The notes under the pieces were generated by a model. That model was not told the DNA's origin and did not search any database. It saw only the letters and a program-made list of their open reading frames with translations. The position numbers and the translations under genes are program-made. Shown piece after piece: positions 39,449-52,190 of a DNA stretch of 64,000 nucleotides. The stretch is from Camelus ferus (lineage: Eukaryota), in NCBI RefSeq assembly GCF_009834535.1, contig NC_045696.1, forward strand, positions 51,338,001 to 51,402,000. The letters are read 5' to 3'. How positions within the stretch are numbered: position 1 is the first letter of the stretch; every line of letters starts with the position of its first letter.

Positions 39449-41693
39449 ATTTTCAGCATTTCTAAAGTCTAATGGCAATCATATGTAACCTGGGATGTTA
39501 AACAGAGGTTAACTAAAGTGTTGGGTTTTGTTGTTTTTACCTGGAATTGAGTTAACTCAGCACAGAGGCATAGAAAAGCACATTATCTCATGCTCATCGG
39601 AAGGTTTGATTGTGAATCTTTTACGCTATTTATTAATAAACTGGAAAAAAGAAAGGATGAGTTTGATGGGGAGAGATAATGATAAAAATTAGTAGCATTC
39701 CAGAATCATGAACTTCATTTTTCAAACATAACTAGTTTTATCCTATGAAGGTTCTTCCTACCTTTATATGAATTTAGGTAAAAAAATACAACTCATGTGT
39801 ATGTGTAAACTCTACAAAACTTAAACAACTGGAGTAAGGGGAGAAATGAGCAAATTCTTATCCTTAGCCCTTTCTGAAAAAACCCCAGACAATACAATTT
39901 CTTCCATTTTCAGATGTGTGTGACAGTAATTAAGTGCTGAGTTACTGTAGTATTTAATAACCTTAGTCCATTAAATTTTTATTAGTTCTTATTTATGTTT
40001 CAAAATCCTGTTGTTCCATTAATCTAATGCTCAGAATAATAGTTGATTCATTAACTTTAAAGTGAATTTCTCACCTTTGTGCTTTCCCCTGCTTCCGTTC
40101 CCTAGAACTTACTTAGGTTGTGAAATACATTCTTTAACTTTGCTACAAATGGCTTTAGAGCTCTGTTTAAAAAATTTTTTGTCACTTAAAATAAGGAGGT
40201 TATGTGTATTATCTGATAAATCAATAAGGAATATGATGGTATAAGCTAATGATTCTTGTATTTTCTATATTACATTCTTATTAGCCTGTACTTATATATT
40301 TTTTTAGCATAAACTTTATTTTACTTTAACAATTGTAATGTATAATAGCACGGCTTTAAAAAATAGCTTTTATATTACCCTTTGTTAAAACAAAACTTTT
40401 TCCCCTTAATAGTCTCCATTTTTATGGGTTTCCATGTCACTTATTTTTGTGTCTATCTTTGTGATAACTTGAAAAAATTGGTCATAGAAAATTGACCAGC
40501 CTTTCTGCAAACACTTATACTTTTTTTATAATTCATGTTTAACATGAAATCACTTATTGAACTACACAGAAAATAGTTATTCTTATTTCTAAAATTCTAA
40601 AGACTATATTGACTATTTTATTTCAGTATAAAACTTATGACTCCCCAAAATATAATATTTGCATTCCTGAATATTTTTGAACTAAAGATAAATAATGTTT
40701 ATTTATTTGTCTATTATTAAAACTGGGCTTAGCCTAACTGGCAAGAATTCCAGGAGGATATGGTACTTACTGTAGAGGTGTAGTTTTTTAAAAATGCTAG
40801 ATATCCAGTGACATTTTGCAAATTATCTTGCATGCCTGGTTACTGTTTTTCAGGGCATTTAAAAAAGTGATTTCCTTCAGTGAGCAATACTTAACTAATA
40901 TAAATCCAACAAAGTAATTGACAATGTTTTCTGAATTTTTCCCCTGTGTATCTATGGCATTTAGAAAGTGTATCATTTTTTAAGTCAAATATTTTTCCTT
41001 CTCAGTTATAAAAGTAGGAACATTGCTTATAAATTGCATGGATACTCCACACAGTTTCTCGCCTCTACGTGGACACCATATGAGAACAGACTGGAAAATA
41101 ATCCCTCCTCTCAGAGATAATGTCTGTTTATCTTTTGATGTATATTCTTCCATGTATTTTAGTAAACGCCAGAATGCTGCTTTGGAACCTGTTTTCTTCA
41201 TTTAATTACATGTTAGGAAAACTTGCTATGTTGCCTAGTATTCTCTCAAATTAGAGAAGGAAAAAATGGATCGAATCAGTCATAAATATTCCCCAAGTCA
41301 TGTGATCTTTCTCTATGTACATTTTCAAGGCTGGGAGAAAGTCTTGGCTTCATAGGACTCTTTCCATGGTTAGTCTTTACTTCCATCCTTCTGTTTGGTT
41401 TTCATCCACTCAGACAAAACTTCCATGACTGAATTTAAATGTGGTTGATGTCATCATATGGCTTTGGGACTTTGGGGAAGGTGTCTTAGTCTCCGTGTCT
41501 TTTCCCATTCTCCTATTCCTATTATCTAAAAAAATTCTAGACTGGAAGTAATAACAACCATGCTGTCTTTTTTTTTTTTTTTTTTTTTTTTGTAAGTTGC
41601 TTTCTTAGCAAAATGTTTAGCCTACAGATGTTATGGAACTTCTCCTGAATGTAAATGTTCTTTTCTTATCAGGACCTGGAAGAATCCCTGAGG

Positions 41694-41893
41694 ATGAAGC
41701 TAAATCTTACAAAGGTAGTTAATGGCTGCCGCCTGGGAAAAATAAAAAACCTAGGCAAAACAGGGGACTGCACCATGGACATTCCGGGCTGCCTTCTGTA
41801 CACCAAGACTGGGTCTGCCCCACACCTGACCCATCACACACTGCATAAAATCCATGGGGTTCCTGCCATGACTCAGCTTACGCTGTCATCACT
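41694..41893 (+). CDS. QTRT2: QTRT2 coding exon 1 ([22 protein letters not shown]...LTLSSL); exon starts at 41673 with 21 nt of 5'UTR
   Basis: ORF 41655..41897 matches the recalled QTRT2 N-terminus; acceptor AG 41671-41672, donor |GTAAGT; 200 coding nt. Confidence 0.96.
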
Positions 41894-42650
41894 GTAAGTA
41901 TGAGACCTGATCATCCACATGTCAACTCAGGCAGCAGCTTGGTTACCTTAGTAAGGTGCAATAAAGAGAAAGACTTTTTTGCTTTTGTGTACAAAATTGG
42001 TAGATATTTTAGGATGAAATCAGAAGATAGATAACACGTCTTAGACGTCATCTGGCTCTAGTCTGGAAGCCATGGGCCAGGTCTACTTGTTAGAGCTGCT
42101 TCACTTTTCCATCCTGCCCTCATTGCCACTGCTCCCAGCGGCGACAGGGCAGGGAATGCTCTTAGGGGCTAAACTTGGGACCTAGGGGCTGTCTTCATGC
42201 ACCAGCCTCAAAGTTTTCTCTGTCTCTGCACATGTACTTGCTGGTGCACTCTGGGGAAACAGAACTAATGGAGTTAGATCACTTGGTGTAATGTACAGAC
42301 TTATCTTGCCCTTAATTGGAGAATCTGCTATATGGTCAAATAACTGCAGGACTGTGTTAATAACAGTGATTTTAAAGGGGCAAGGGGGAGAGGGAAATCC
42401 ACATATTTTGAAGCAGTTGATCGTTGCCAATTCCTTTTCTCACAGAACCAACAAAAGGTCTTGCAAATTGAAGACCTTTATTCTGGCTAATGAACCCAAC
42501 CTAATGAGTGGAGACTCTTAAATAATGGTGTGCTCAGTTGTTTGAGGCCACATTTACTGTCATGTAGCTGGTTTTGGTGAGGAGAGGAGGGCTTCATTTG
42601 TTGCATAACACGTACATTATTATGCTTCATATTTCCTGTTTTGCTTATAG

Positions 42651-42706
42651 GGCAGAACATCATGAAGTCCTGGCAGAATATAAGGAAGGAGTTGGAAAGT
42701 TTATAG
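42651..42706 (+). CDS. QTRT2: QTRT2 coding exon 2 (AEHHEVLAEYKEGVGKFI)
   Basis: TAG| and |GTAAAA boundaries; 56 nt; frame continuous. Confidence 0.95.
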
Positions 42707-42784
42707 GTAAAAATTCATCAAATTATTTGTGTGTGCCATGTGATGTATCGATTTGGAAGTTGGAGAGATTCTGTTTATTCTTTG

Positions 42785-43260
42785 ATCTTTCATTCATACA
42801 TTTACTTATTCATTAATTTAATAAGTATTTGTTGAGCACCTAAGAACCAGTCAGTGGGGATTCAAAGATGAGTAGGATATAGTTGCTGCCCTCGTGAAAC
42901 TCAGAGCCTGGTTAGGATAAAGATAAACAGGTAGTTCTAGTAGAGTGTGGTGACTGCATCTGCAGGGTTAGGCTGGGACACATGTATCGTGAAAGCCCCG
43001 AGGGAGGAACACGTAACCTGCTGTAGGGTGAATATGGAGGGAGGTCAGAATAAAGACAGGATTCTGGAGAGAGAAGATGAAGAGCACCTTAGCTGGTTCA
43101 AGGGAGAGTAGGAGTTAGCCAGGGCAGGAGGTGGGTGCGGTGGTGCTGGTAGACAGGTGTGGGCAGACTAGGCGTAGAGCGAAGACCTAGGGGTGAGGAG
43201 CCACTTGGGACGTACCCAAGACTCCAAGTGGTCTTGTCATGTTTGAGCCTTAAGCATAAA
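42785..43260 (-). mobile_element. L2 fragment
   Basis: Reverse L2 tail (TTCATTCAT...AAGTATTTGTTGAGCACCTA) and purine-rich body. Confidence 0.65.
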
Positions 43261-44404
43261 GCAGAGAATGAAGACTTTACACTTAGCTATATTCTGACAT
43301 GTTAATATTATCTTCTGTTCCAGAAATAGGATTTTAAATGCTGTTATGTTTGTCCATTTATTTATAGGAAAAGCTTAGTAGTGACAGCTAGAGAACCAAT
43401 TCTTCTGTAGACCACTTTCTCCTGAAGCTTTTGTCCCCATTATCTAGGACTCACTTAAGTACATGAAAATCTTGCCTCCATTAGTTTTTCAGTCCTCTGC
43501 TTCTGAGGGAAACTGTGTGATGACTCGGTTGTCACCAAGCCCTGTATTTCAGTAGAGGGATTTATATAATATAGTTTTCCTTGATCTGAGACCAGGTTTA
43601 ATAACCAGCTTTGGGTACAAGCATATAATTAAGTGAAAATAGCTAATATAAGCTTTCTGGAGATAATTGTAATAATTGAAATTGTGGAAAATAAGGTGGA
43701 GAACTGCAGAGATTTTTGTTGTTTGCTTTATATTTTTGGTCTTTTTCCAGCAAAATCCTACTTTTTTTTCTGCTGAAAATGTAGCATATGAAATTTAAGT
43801 ACTATGTTTTACTAAACATTTTGAGGGATTTTTTTTTTTTAAACAAATACCTTTTTTGACTCAAGAACCTAAAAAAAAGGTCATATTGAGTCAATGAAAC
43901 TTACTGAAAAGGAGATCAATTTGCAGTGTCCTACAGCTTTTCTGTAATTATGACCGTAGAGAACCATGATGTGGGGTGGATTTATTATTAATGAGATTAC
44001 CTTTTGAGTGTATCATTTCATCTTTCCATCTTTCTAGTTCCCCTTGAATGGTACCCAGAATGAACATACTTGATGTTAAATTTCAAAGCAAATTGTGTAG
44101 GGTCAACATATCATTAAACACTTTTATTGTATCTCATATTTCAAGATAAACCTTTCCTTCATAGCAACTCACTATGTCATTAGGAATGAACCTTTACATT
44201 TAGTTCTTTTAGATTAGTAGATTTGAAAGTAATCTTTTCATTCACATTGATAGGCCTTCTATAATTCAAAGATCAGGTGTGTGCAATTTACTGTGTTTTA
44301 GAGTTGCTTTATCTGGCAGTACACATTATGAAGCTGCTCTCTGTTGTGACACAGTATGATTGTTGTTGTGAGTTGTTTCAAAGTTCCTTTTTGTGTTTTT
44401 ACAG

Positions 44405-44481
44405 GCATGCCAGAATCGCTTTTGTACTGCTCCCTGCACGATCCAGTCAGTCCCTGCCCAGCTGGTTATGTCACAAATAAG
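44405..44481 (+). CDS. QTRT2: QTRT2 coding exon 3 ([26 protein letters not shown])
   Basis: CAG| and |GTGTGT boundaries; 77 nt; manual translation. Confidence 0.95.
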
Positions 44482-46082
44482 GTGTGTTCTCAGAAAGTCC
44501 TCTGAGGCTGCAGTTCTGTCCCAGGAAGTCAGCCTGTTGTACCCCTCAGATTGAAGGATCCCCCTTCCTGCGATGCTGGCCCATTCCTGACCCCTTTAAA
44601 CCTTCTCTCTATTTCTGTGATGCAGTGGCTGGTGCGGTTTATAGGACTTAGAGTAGGGCTGCCCAAGGATGAGGTTAAGGTAAGGAGTATGTCCTCAGCT
44701 TTTTCACTGCTGCCAAAAATTTGGGGGTCGAGAAAGGTCAAGTACATACCAAAAAAAGAAATTGCTATGATGGTAAAGAAAACAATAGTTTTTTGATACC
44801 ATACTTTATTTGCAGTTTCAACAGCCTCAGGAAGAGTGGGGGAAAGTTGCTGATGGATGTTATCACATGTATGACTATATATAATAGAACCTCAGTACAG
44901 TACTGGTTGCTTTTAGAACAGAATTTGAAAAAGCTGGGTCTACAGCCAGAGATTTTAGCTTGTGAAAAAACAGTATCAAAAGAACTTCATTAAAAGTTTT
45001 AACCTGAGATGTGGCCCTATTGCATTATCCCTGAGGACAGCATTCTGGAAAAGCTTCAATATGTACCACTACTTTACAGGCACAGTTACTTTTCTTGCAC
45101 CCACTTTTTTGTTATCAACAATATCTATTAATCTTGCTTAAGATAACTACTTTAAATTAGTCCTGAAACTTCTTTTTATTTTGTAATTTGATCTCAAAAG
45201 AAACAGTTTTGACCTTGATTTCTTAAATCCCATTTTAGAAGGGAGAAATGATTCATTTAAACATTGTTCTTATGCCAGAATAAAAAATTGTAGTTTTTAT
45301 TCTGGCATAAGAAGATTGTATGCAGCCTCTCCGTTTACGTCTTTGTTAATCTTTTCTAAGAGGATAGATGCAGTAGGGGAACGAGTAGCCACAGAACATA
45401 TAGAGAGTCTTGTGTACCGTGGGGTTTATGTCTTTTCATAGAATTCTGTATCTAACTCAATCTAGTAAACACTTATTAAACATTAATATTGTGTGCCCCA
45501 GACTGCTTTTGGAGTACAGCCATGGGTTGGGATACTCTAGTCAGACAAATATACAGTGGTGTGATAAGGGCTATCTTTTCTATGGAAGAGATTAGCACGA
45601 ATAGCTGAAAGAGCTTGTTAGAGTGAACAGTTGGCTGTGCCTAGGGAAGTTGGGGAAACACTTTAGAGTAGGTGATATTTGAACTCTTTGTCTTGAGGAT
45701 GCATAGTATTTTACCAGGCAAAGAGGTATGGGAAGGACATTTCAGTCAAAAGGAACAATGTGATCAAAGACAGAAGAATTGAAGTCTGTGGTGTATTCAG
45801 GAACAGCATGGGGTGGGAGAGAGTGGAAGACTGGGCTTCTGGAAAAGTAATAACAGAGAATTCTTGGATGCTAGCTCAGAAGTTGGCTTGTATGGCCACT
45901 GAAGGACTCTGTGACCTATCAGATCCCTCCTCTTTTACCCACTGTGTCAAGGATATTGAATTGCCACCCTCTCTCCAGCTGTAAAGAAGAATTAAATTCA
46001 GAATTGCTTTAAATCATTTTATTATTTTCTTTTTATCCGTATGTTACTCTGGCTAATTCCTCACCGTCTTGTTCCATGGCAG

Positions 46083-46295
46083 TCTGTGTCTGTGTGGGGT
46101 GTTGGAGGACGAGTGGAAATTACTGCGTCCAAGTTCATGGCAATGCAGCAGGCCCTTCAGCCAGACTGGTTCCAGTGCCTTGCAGATGGAGAGGCAACTT
46201 GTGATGAAGCGACTTCCATGAAAAGGGCCAGAAAGTCTGTTGACCGATCACTTCTCTTCCTGGATAATTGTTTGAAGCTACAGGAAGAGTCTGAG
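46083..46295 (+). CDS. QTRT2: QTRT2 coding exon 4 ([12 protein letters not shown]...LQEESE)
   Basis: Within ORF 46041..46442; CAG| and |GTAGAG boundaries; 213 nt. Confidence 0.95.
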
Positions 46296-48449
46296 GTAGA
46301 GCTGTGCCCCCCACCACTCCTTTCTCTCAGAAACTCCAATTTTACATTCCATGGGACGCCTTTTCTGCTACTCCTCCTGCTGCTCCGCTCCTCACTTCTT
46401 GGTCTCTTTGACACTTTCCTGATTTTTCTCCTGAACGTTTAGATATTCTTGCTCCTTAGGATTCTGTCTTAGGCTCTCTTTTCATTCCACACTGTATGTT
46501 TTCCCTGGGTAGTCTTAACTGCTGAAAATTCTAAAATTGTGTGTATAATCAAGATCCCTCTGCTTAGCTTCGGAATTACACAACGATAGGCCTTTAGCTA
46601 TGTTCTGTCGCTGGATTATTCCTCACATGCACCTCAGACTCAGACATAACCAAACTCAGTATCTTCTCTCCTCACATGTGCTCTTCCGTTTGCTCTGTCT
46701 CCCTTCCCACCCCAGAGATGGGTGTCTTTCAGGACTCCTTTTAATAATTAATTAGTATTCAGTGGGCCACTCCCCCTTGGTTCTGGGTCCCTAAATCTGT
46801 CTGGAATTACCACCTGAAGGCACAGTAACCTTATCACCCTGTGAGCTGGGGAAGATGAAGCTGGAGCAGTAAATAAGGGGTCTTGATAGCAGAGTTAATA
46901 AAGCTGGAAAAGGCAGCATTCATCAGGGGAGAGCAGAGGAGGCAGGAGAACAGAAGAGAGTGGTCAGAGGAGAAACTTCAGTATCTGTGATCATTCATGT
47001 GGAGTGATCCTGAGCAGTGATCAGATCCCCCTACAGCAGAGCACACTGAATTTGAGAAACATTGCTCTTTTGAGTTCATCAAAAAATATATATATATAAT
47101 TTGGATAATAGGGTTAACATACATGAAATAACTAGAGGAAACTAACTTGTCCTTGTGAATAGAACTCTCAGTATCTGCGGTGAGAGTTCAGCGTGGGGAT
47201 GTTGCTGTGGGTCTGAATTGTTAACTTTGCCAACAATTGTTTTGAGCCAGTACCTGTCCTTGTAGGATGAGTGATGTTTGGCTGAGTGGAAAGGAGGACA
47301 GGGAGTGTGACAGAGCATTATTAGAAAGGCTGGATGAGCCTCAAACTTGCCTCCCATGTTAAGTCAGCCTCACCATTTCCCATGATTTCTGTGTTGCTCA
47401 AATGCTGGGGTCCCTCTCTGTAGCCTGGGGTCCTACCCCTAGGCTACTGCCTTGGCATGATTATTGATAGGGCCACCTTTTACTCTTAAATATGTTCCAT
47501 TTCAGGTAATAAATTATGTGATTATACTTCTTATACCCATGAGAATGGTTTCCCAGATAGCGCCGTGCCAGTCTCAGAAAGGGGCAGGCCTGTATAACTA
47601 TCTGCTTTGTATGTCTAAGTATACCTTTTCCTCTTCCTGTGATTTCTCTCCTTCCTATTCACTGGATCTTCCTGTTCTGAATGCCCTTAAATATTGAAGC
47701 TTCCCCAAGGTTCTGCTGTCGGCTTTCTTTCCTTCTCCATATGTTCCCTAGGCCAGGGGTGGCAAGTGGGTTTCATCTCAAGGTACTTGGAGCTGTGCCC
47801 AGTGCAGCAGGGGGACAGTGGTCTGCTGGCTGTGTCCGCCCCGGCAGCAGGCGTGCTGGGTGGCAGCACTGTGCCCAGCACCTCCCATTCTAACCTGGAC
47901 AATCACACTTTCGGGTACATATCCATAACGTTCAGTCCATGTAGTCAGTGGCTAATACCTCAAAGTCAGAACACACAAAACAGAATAATCATCTTGCCTC
48001 AGCCTTCACTGTTTCCCTCAGATTCCCTATCTGCTCTTCTCATCATCTCCCTGGACTTCAGAATAGGAGCCAGGAGCCATCCTACGTTGTCTTCATCTCC
48101 TCCTCTGGCAACTCATCAGTCAAGTTGTGTTGATCTGACGAGGTTTCAGAACCTCTCTCTCTTTACCCCACTGCTGCCGTTGCCTTAGTCCAGATCCTCT
48201 TCCACTGGATGATGAACGTCATCTCCTGCCCTGTCCTTTAGCCCCACTCACCCTTAATTCATTCTCCACACACAGCCAAATCATCCTTACTAGAGGAACG
48301 GTCCGGTTGTGTCCCTCTTGCTTAAACCAAGAAAGGAAATTCCTTCCTCATAACATTCCAGGCTCCCTCCCCGTCCCTCTTCTCCCAGAGAGCCTCTGTT
48401 GACTTATGTTTTTCCTTGCAAGCCTTATTTTTTTACGGTTCCATACTTG

Positions 48450-49410
48450 TAATATGTACACGCCTGTATGTGGTTTCCATTACATGAATATGATCATATA
48501 TTCAGAAATGTGCTTATTGTTGCTTAACTCTATCTCAAATCTCTTTTCCTATCAATGTATACATTGCTAGATGTGCTGCTTTCTTTTTTAAAACAGCTGT
48601 ATAGGAAGCCATACTGTGAATATATTATCATTTATTTAAGCCTTTATTGATGACACTTAGGTTGTTTCCAGTTTCTCATTATTCTAAACATCTTTGTAAA
48701 TATACCGTGCTGCATATGAATGAATAGATTTGTAGGGAAGACGCTTTGAAGTGGAATTTTAGGTATAAAGATAAAAGCATTGACATTTTGATAAGTGTTG
48801 TTTATTTGCCCTCCCAAGAGGCTGAACTAATTTTTATTCTCTCTAGTTTTCAAGGCACACAAGTGCATTTCTCTTAACACTTTTACCTCATTATGTTGAT
48901 GTCTGTCTTCTAACTTTTTTATCAGTGTGATGGGTGAAAATGGTATCTAATTGTTCCCAGTTTCCATTTCCTTACTTGTGAGGTTTAGTAAGCTCTCCAT
49001 TTGTGTATGGAGCATTCACGTGTTTGCCTACATTTCATATTCACATATTTGCCTGGATTTCTGTGGGGTTTCATTTCCTTAGAGGATTTGTTGGAGCTTT
49101 ATGTATCGTGTACACATTTATCTATTCCTCCAATGAATAAGTGAATAAGTTTGCCTTTGCCTTTATTGATAGTGTATTTCCCTAGGGAAATTTTAATGTT
49201 TTGTACTCAAATATGTCAGCCTTCTCCTGTAAGCTTTGGCTTGCGTTGGAAGGCCTTCCTTATCCCAAGACTATAAAAATATTCAATATATTCTTCTAAT
49301 GCTTATATAACTGTATTTTTTATGTTTAGATCTTGGAATTTATTTTTGAGGATGGTGTGCAGTAGTAATATTTGTTTTATTTTTTCCCAAATGAACAGTC
49401 AGTTGTCCCC
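48450..49410 (-). mobile_element. Ancient L1 (L1ME-like) fragment
   Basis: Antisense L1 motifs (GACACTTAGGTTGTTTCCAGTTT; GGTGAAAATGGTATCTAATTG; TTTTTCCCAAATGAACAGTCAGTTGTCCC). Confidence 0.68.
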
Positions 49411-49758
49411 CTCAAACGGTTCCACAGTTCCTAAATTTATTTCTAAGAGATTTGGAGGTAGTCTAAAGTAGACCAGGATAGTCATTTAAACAAATCAAAA
49501 CTGTTGCTTTTGTTCTTTTCCTCTTGTACCAGCTTGGTGTGTGTTTAATTTAATCGAAGCTAAATCATGGGTACCTATGTGGCTTTCAAATTGTGTTCTC
49601 TGGAGCCCTGATTCTTGGGAAGGAAGGAGGGAGCACCAGCCCTCTGCACGCTTCACTTGAGATCTTGTCTGTCCATCAGGCTGCTGTGTAAGGCTCATTT
49701 AAATGAAGGTCTCTGCTACTGGAAACAGTTAAAAGCATTCAGTCCTTTCTTGCCTTAG

Positions 49759-49958
49759 GTCCTTCAGAAAAGCATGATCATCGGAGTGATTGAAGGTGGA
49801 GACGTTTTGGAAGAAAGGCTGAGGTCAGCACGAGAGACAGCCAAGCGGCCTGTAGGTGGCTTCCTTCTGGACGGCTTGCAAGGGAATCCAGCGACCCTGG
49901 AGACGCGACTGCACTTGCTGTCATCAGTCACTGCGGAGCTGCCCGAGGACAAACCGAG
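49759..49958 (+). CDS. QTRT2: QTRT2 coding exon 5 ([14 protein letters not shown]...LPEDKPR), ending in a GC donor
   Basis: Overlaps ORF 49774..49974; TAG| acceptor; the only frame-preserving donor nearby is AG|GCTAGT; 200 nt. Confidence 0.92.
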
Positions 49959-51664
49959 GCTAGTGATCGGTTAGGGGGCAGGCCGAACCTCCGGGGCTGC
50001 AGAGCAGGGGTGCTGTGGAGTGTGCATGGGTGTGTCCTTTGATATCTTGTTGATGTTCTTTCTGGGCTGATTCTGCTGAGGCAGACTTGGGGGGTAGTTC
50101 CCGTCAAGGTTTTCCTGCCTTTGATTTCAGAACGTAAACCAGAGGACATTGCCATGTGAATTAGTTTATTTGATCCTCATTGTAAGTGAGGGCAAGTGTT
50201 TCCCCTCATTCTTGTGCCAAATACAAATACTGTTCTTTATTCATTATAACCTGGTGCCTGGGGACAGGTATAAAGTCATATAGAACTCTGGCCTTAGTCA
50301 AGAGAAGCTGAGGATAGATCTGGGCTGCCTAGAGAAATGAATATGGGTCTACCAATAAGGACCTTTAAGAAGTTCTTACATTTGAGGCAGGTAGTTAATG
50401 GCATTATTTTTTGAAATCGAGGGAACTGGCAGCCCTAGTGTGGCTGGTTCTTTGCATAAATCACAGAATTCACTAGGTACTGGAGAGAAGAGTGATCTGC
50501 AAGATTCAAAGCTAAAAATCCCGAGGTTTTACTGTAGTCTGTTATCCCATTTGGTATGAATATTCATGCTTTTTTCTTGCAGACCTATTAAGAGGTTTGA
50601 TTTTAGGGTGCTGCTTTATACCCCTCGGGCTGTTGAATAGTGAGTGTGTGTGTGTGTACATATATGTAATTTTATGCTTTCTAAAAAGTCCAGGTACAGC
50701 TTACAGTTAAGTGTATGAATCTTATGTATAGCTCAATGAATTTTACCCATATGTATGCTTGTGTAAACACCAGCCAGAACAAGATATTTCCATCATCCCA
50801 GCCAGCATTTGCCCCCCTCAATTTTAACCTAATTCTCTGTGTTCATTGCTTTCCCTCCTGTGCTCATTTCATTCTGGTGCAGATGACAATTCAGCACTAG
50901 TGTTTCTAGTCATTTTCTGGACTTCTTTTGAGTTAAGTGCTCACAGATGTCTGTTACTGGATTTGAAAGCTGGGATTGTCTTTTTTTCTACAGGTATGTA
51001 GAAATGCCAGCTTCATTTGGAGATGAGTTCTAAAACATTACATTACTTGAAGGAAACTGTAGACAGAAAAACCAGCACATATTTAAGGGTTCTGGTTGTT
51101 TAATATTACATAAGCCTTTTTTTTGGAGTTCTTTTAGAAATCAGGGCATCTATAAGCTTTTCTCCACCAGTCTATAAGAGGGACTCTGGGTAGAAAAACA
51201 AACGTAAAACATAGCAGCCAGCCAGCCCAGAGCTAGTGCTTCTCCCCATCTCGTTTTAGTGGGAAAACCTGGTTGAATATTACTAACACTCTCGGAAAGC
51301 CTTACCCATTACCTCTAGAAATACCATCTCACTCTACCGTGCAGACTTTTTTAATGGAGAAAATACAAAGAATCAGAAAGTCAACTAGCTTCTCAGATCC
51401 TATGGGCAGAGTTGAAACTCTGAGAGCAAGAATTGCTCTGTAAATGAACTTATGAAGAATACAGTGGATAAAAAATGTCTTTCTTGAACCAATTATGAAA
51501 AATAATTATAAGCAAAATATAGTTAAAACATAGAAAAGTATTTGAAGGGGAAATAAAGCACATAGCTTTACACTCTCAAAAGACCTGCCTCTGTAGTGGG
51601 TAGAAAGGCCATAAAGTTCAGCCTGAGACTGTGGGGGTCATTTCAGAAGGAATGAGGGGAAAGG

Positions 51665-51910
51665 AAACTAACCTTTATTAAGCTCCTCTTTGGGGCCAGA
51701 AACTACACTGTGTGCTTTGTCAAATATATCATTAATCCTCATAATCAGTCTGTGAGGTATATATTATTGTTCTTGTTTTTAAACTGAGAAAACTGAAATA
51801 CAGAGAGGTTAAGAAACCTTCCCAAAGTAACACAGCAAGTAAATAAATGGCAGAGCTGGGATAATAGTCCAGGTCTCTCTTCCTCCAAAGCCCTGTGTTC
51901 TTTCCATCAC
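51665..51910 (-). mobile_element. MIR SINE
   Basis: GAGAAAACTGAAATACAGAGAGGTTAAGAAACCTTCCCAAAGTAACACAGC reverse core. Confidence 0.75.
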
Positions 51911-52038
51911 ACCTTATTATCTGCTTCCTGCCACGCTAACCATGATTTTCACTATTATTCCTTTTAGTGCTTCTGGAAAGACTCCCTGATTTCATTCCTG
52001 GCGTTGTCCTCATGTCACCGTTCTTATTATTTTCACAG

Positions 52039-52190
52039 GCTCATCTGCGGTGTTAGCCGGCCAGATGAGGTGCTCGAGTGTATTGAAAGAGGAGTGGACT
52101 TATTTGAGAGCTTTTTCCCTTATCAAGTGACAGAGCGGGGATGCGCCCTGACTTTCAGCTTTGATTACCAGCCGAATCCTGAAGAGACAT
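52039..52190 (+). CDS. QTRT2: QTRT2 coding exon 6 ([27 protein letters not shown]...PEET)
   Basis: Within ORF 52004..52291; CAG| and |GTAGGT boundaries; 152 nt. Confidence 0.95.

Noticed and set aside
47694..48188. Longest ORF in the track (164 aa)
   Set aside because: Non-ATG start, intronic, runs into an L2-like fragment, resembles no protein I know, and is not needed for the QTRT2 frame.
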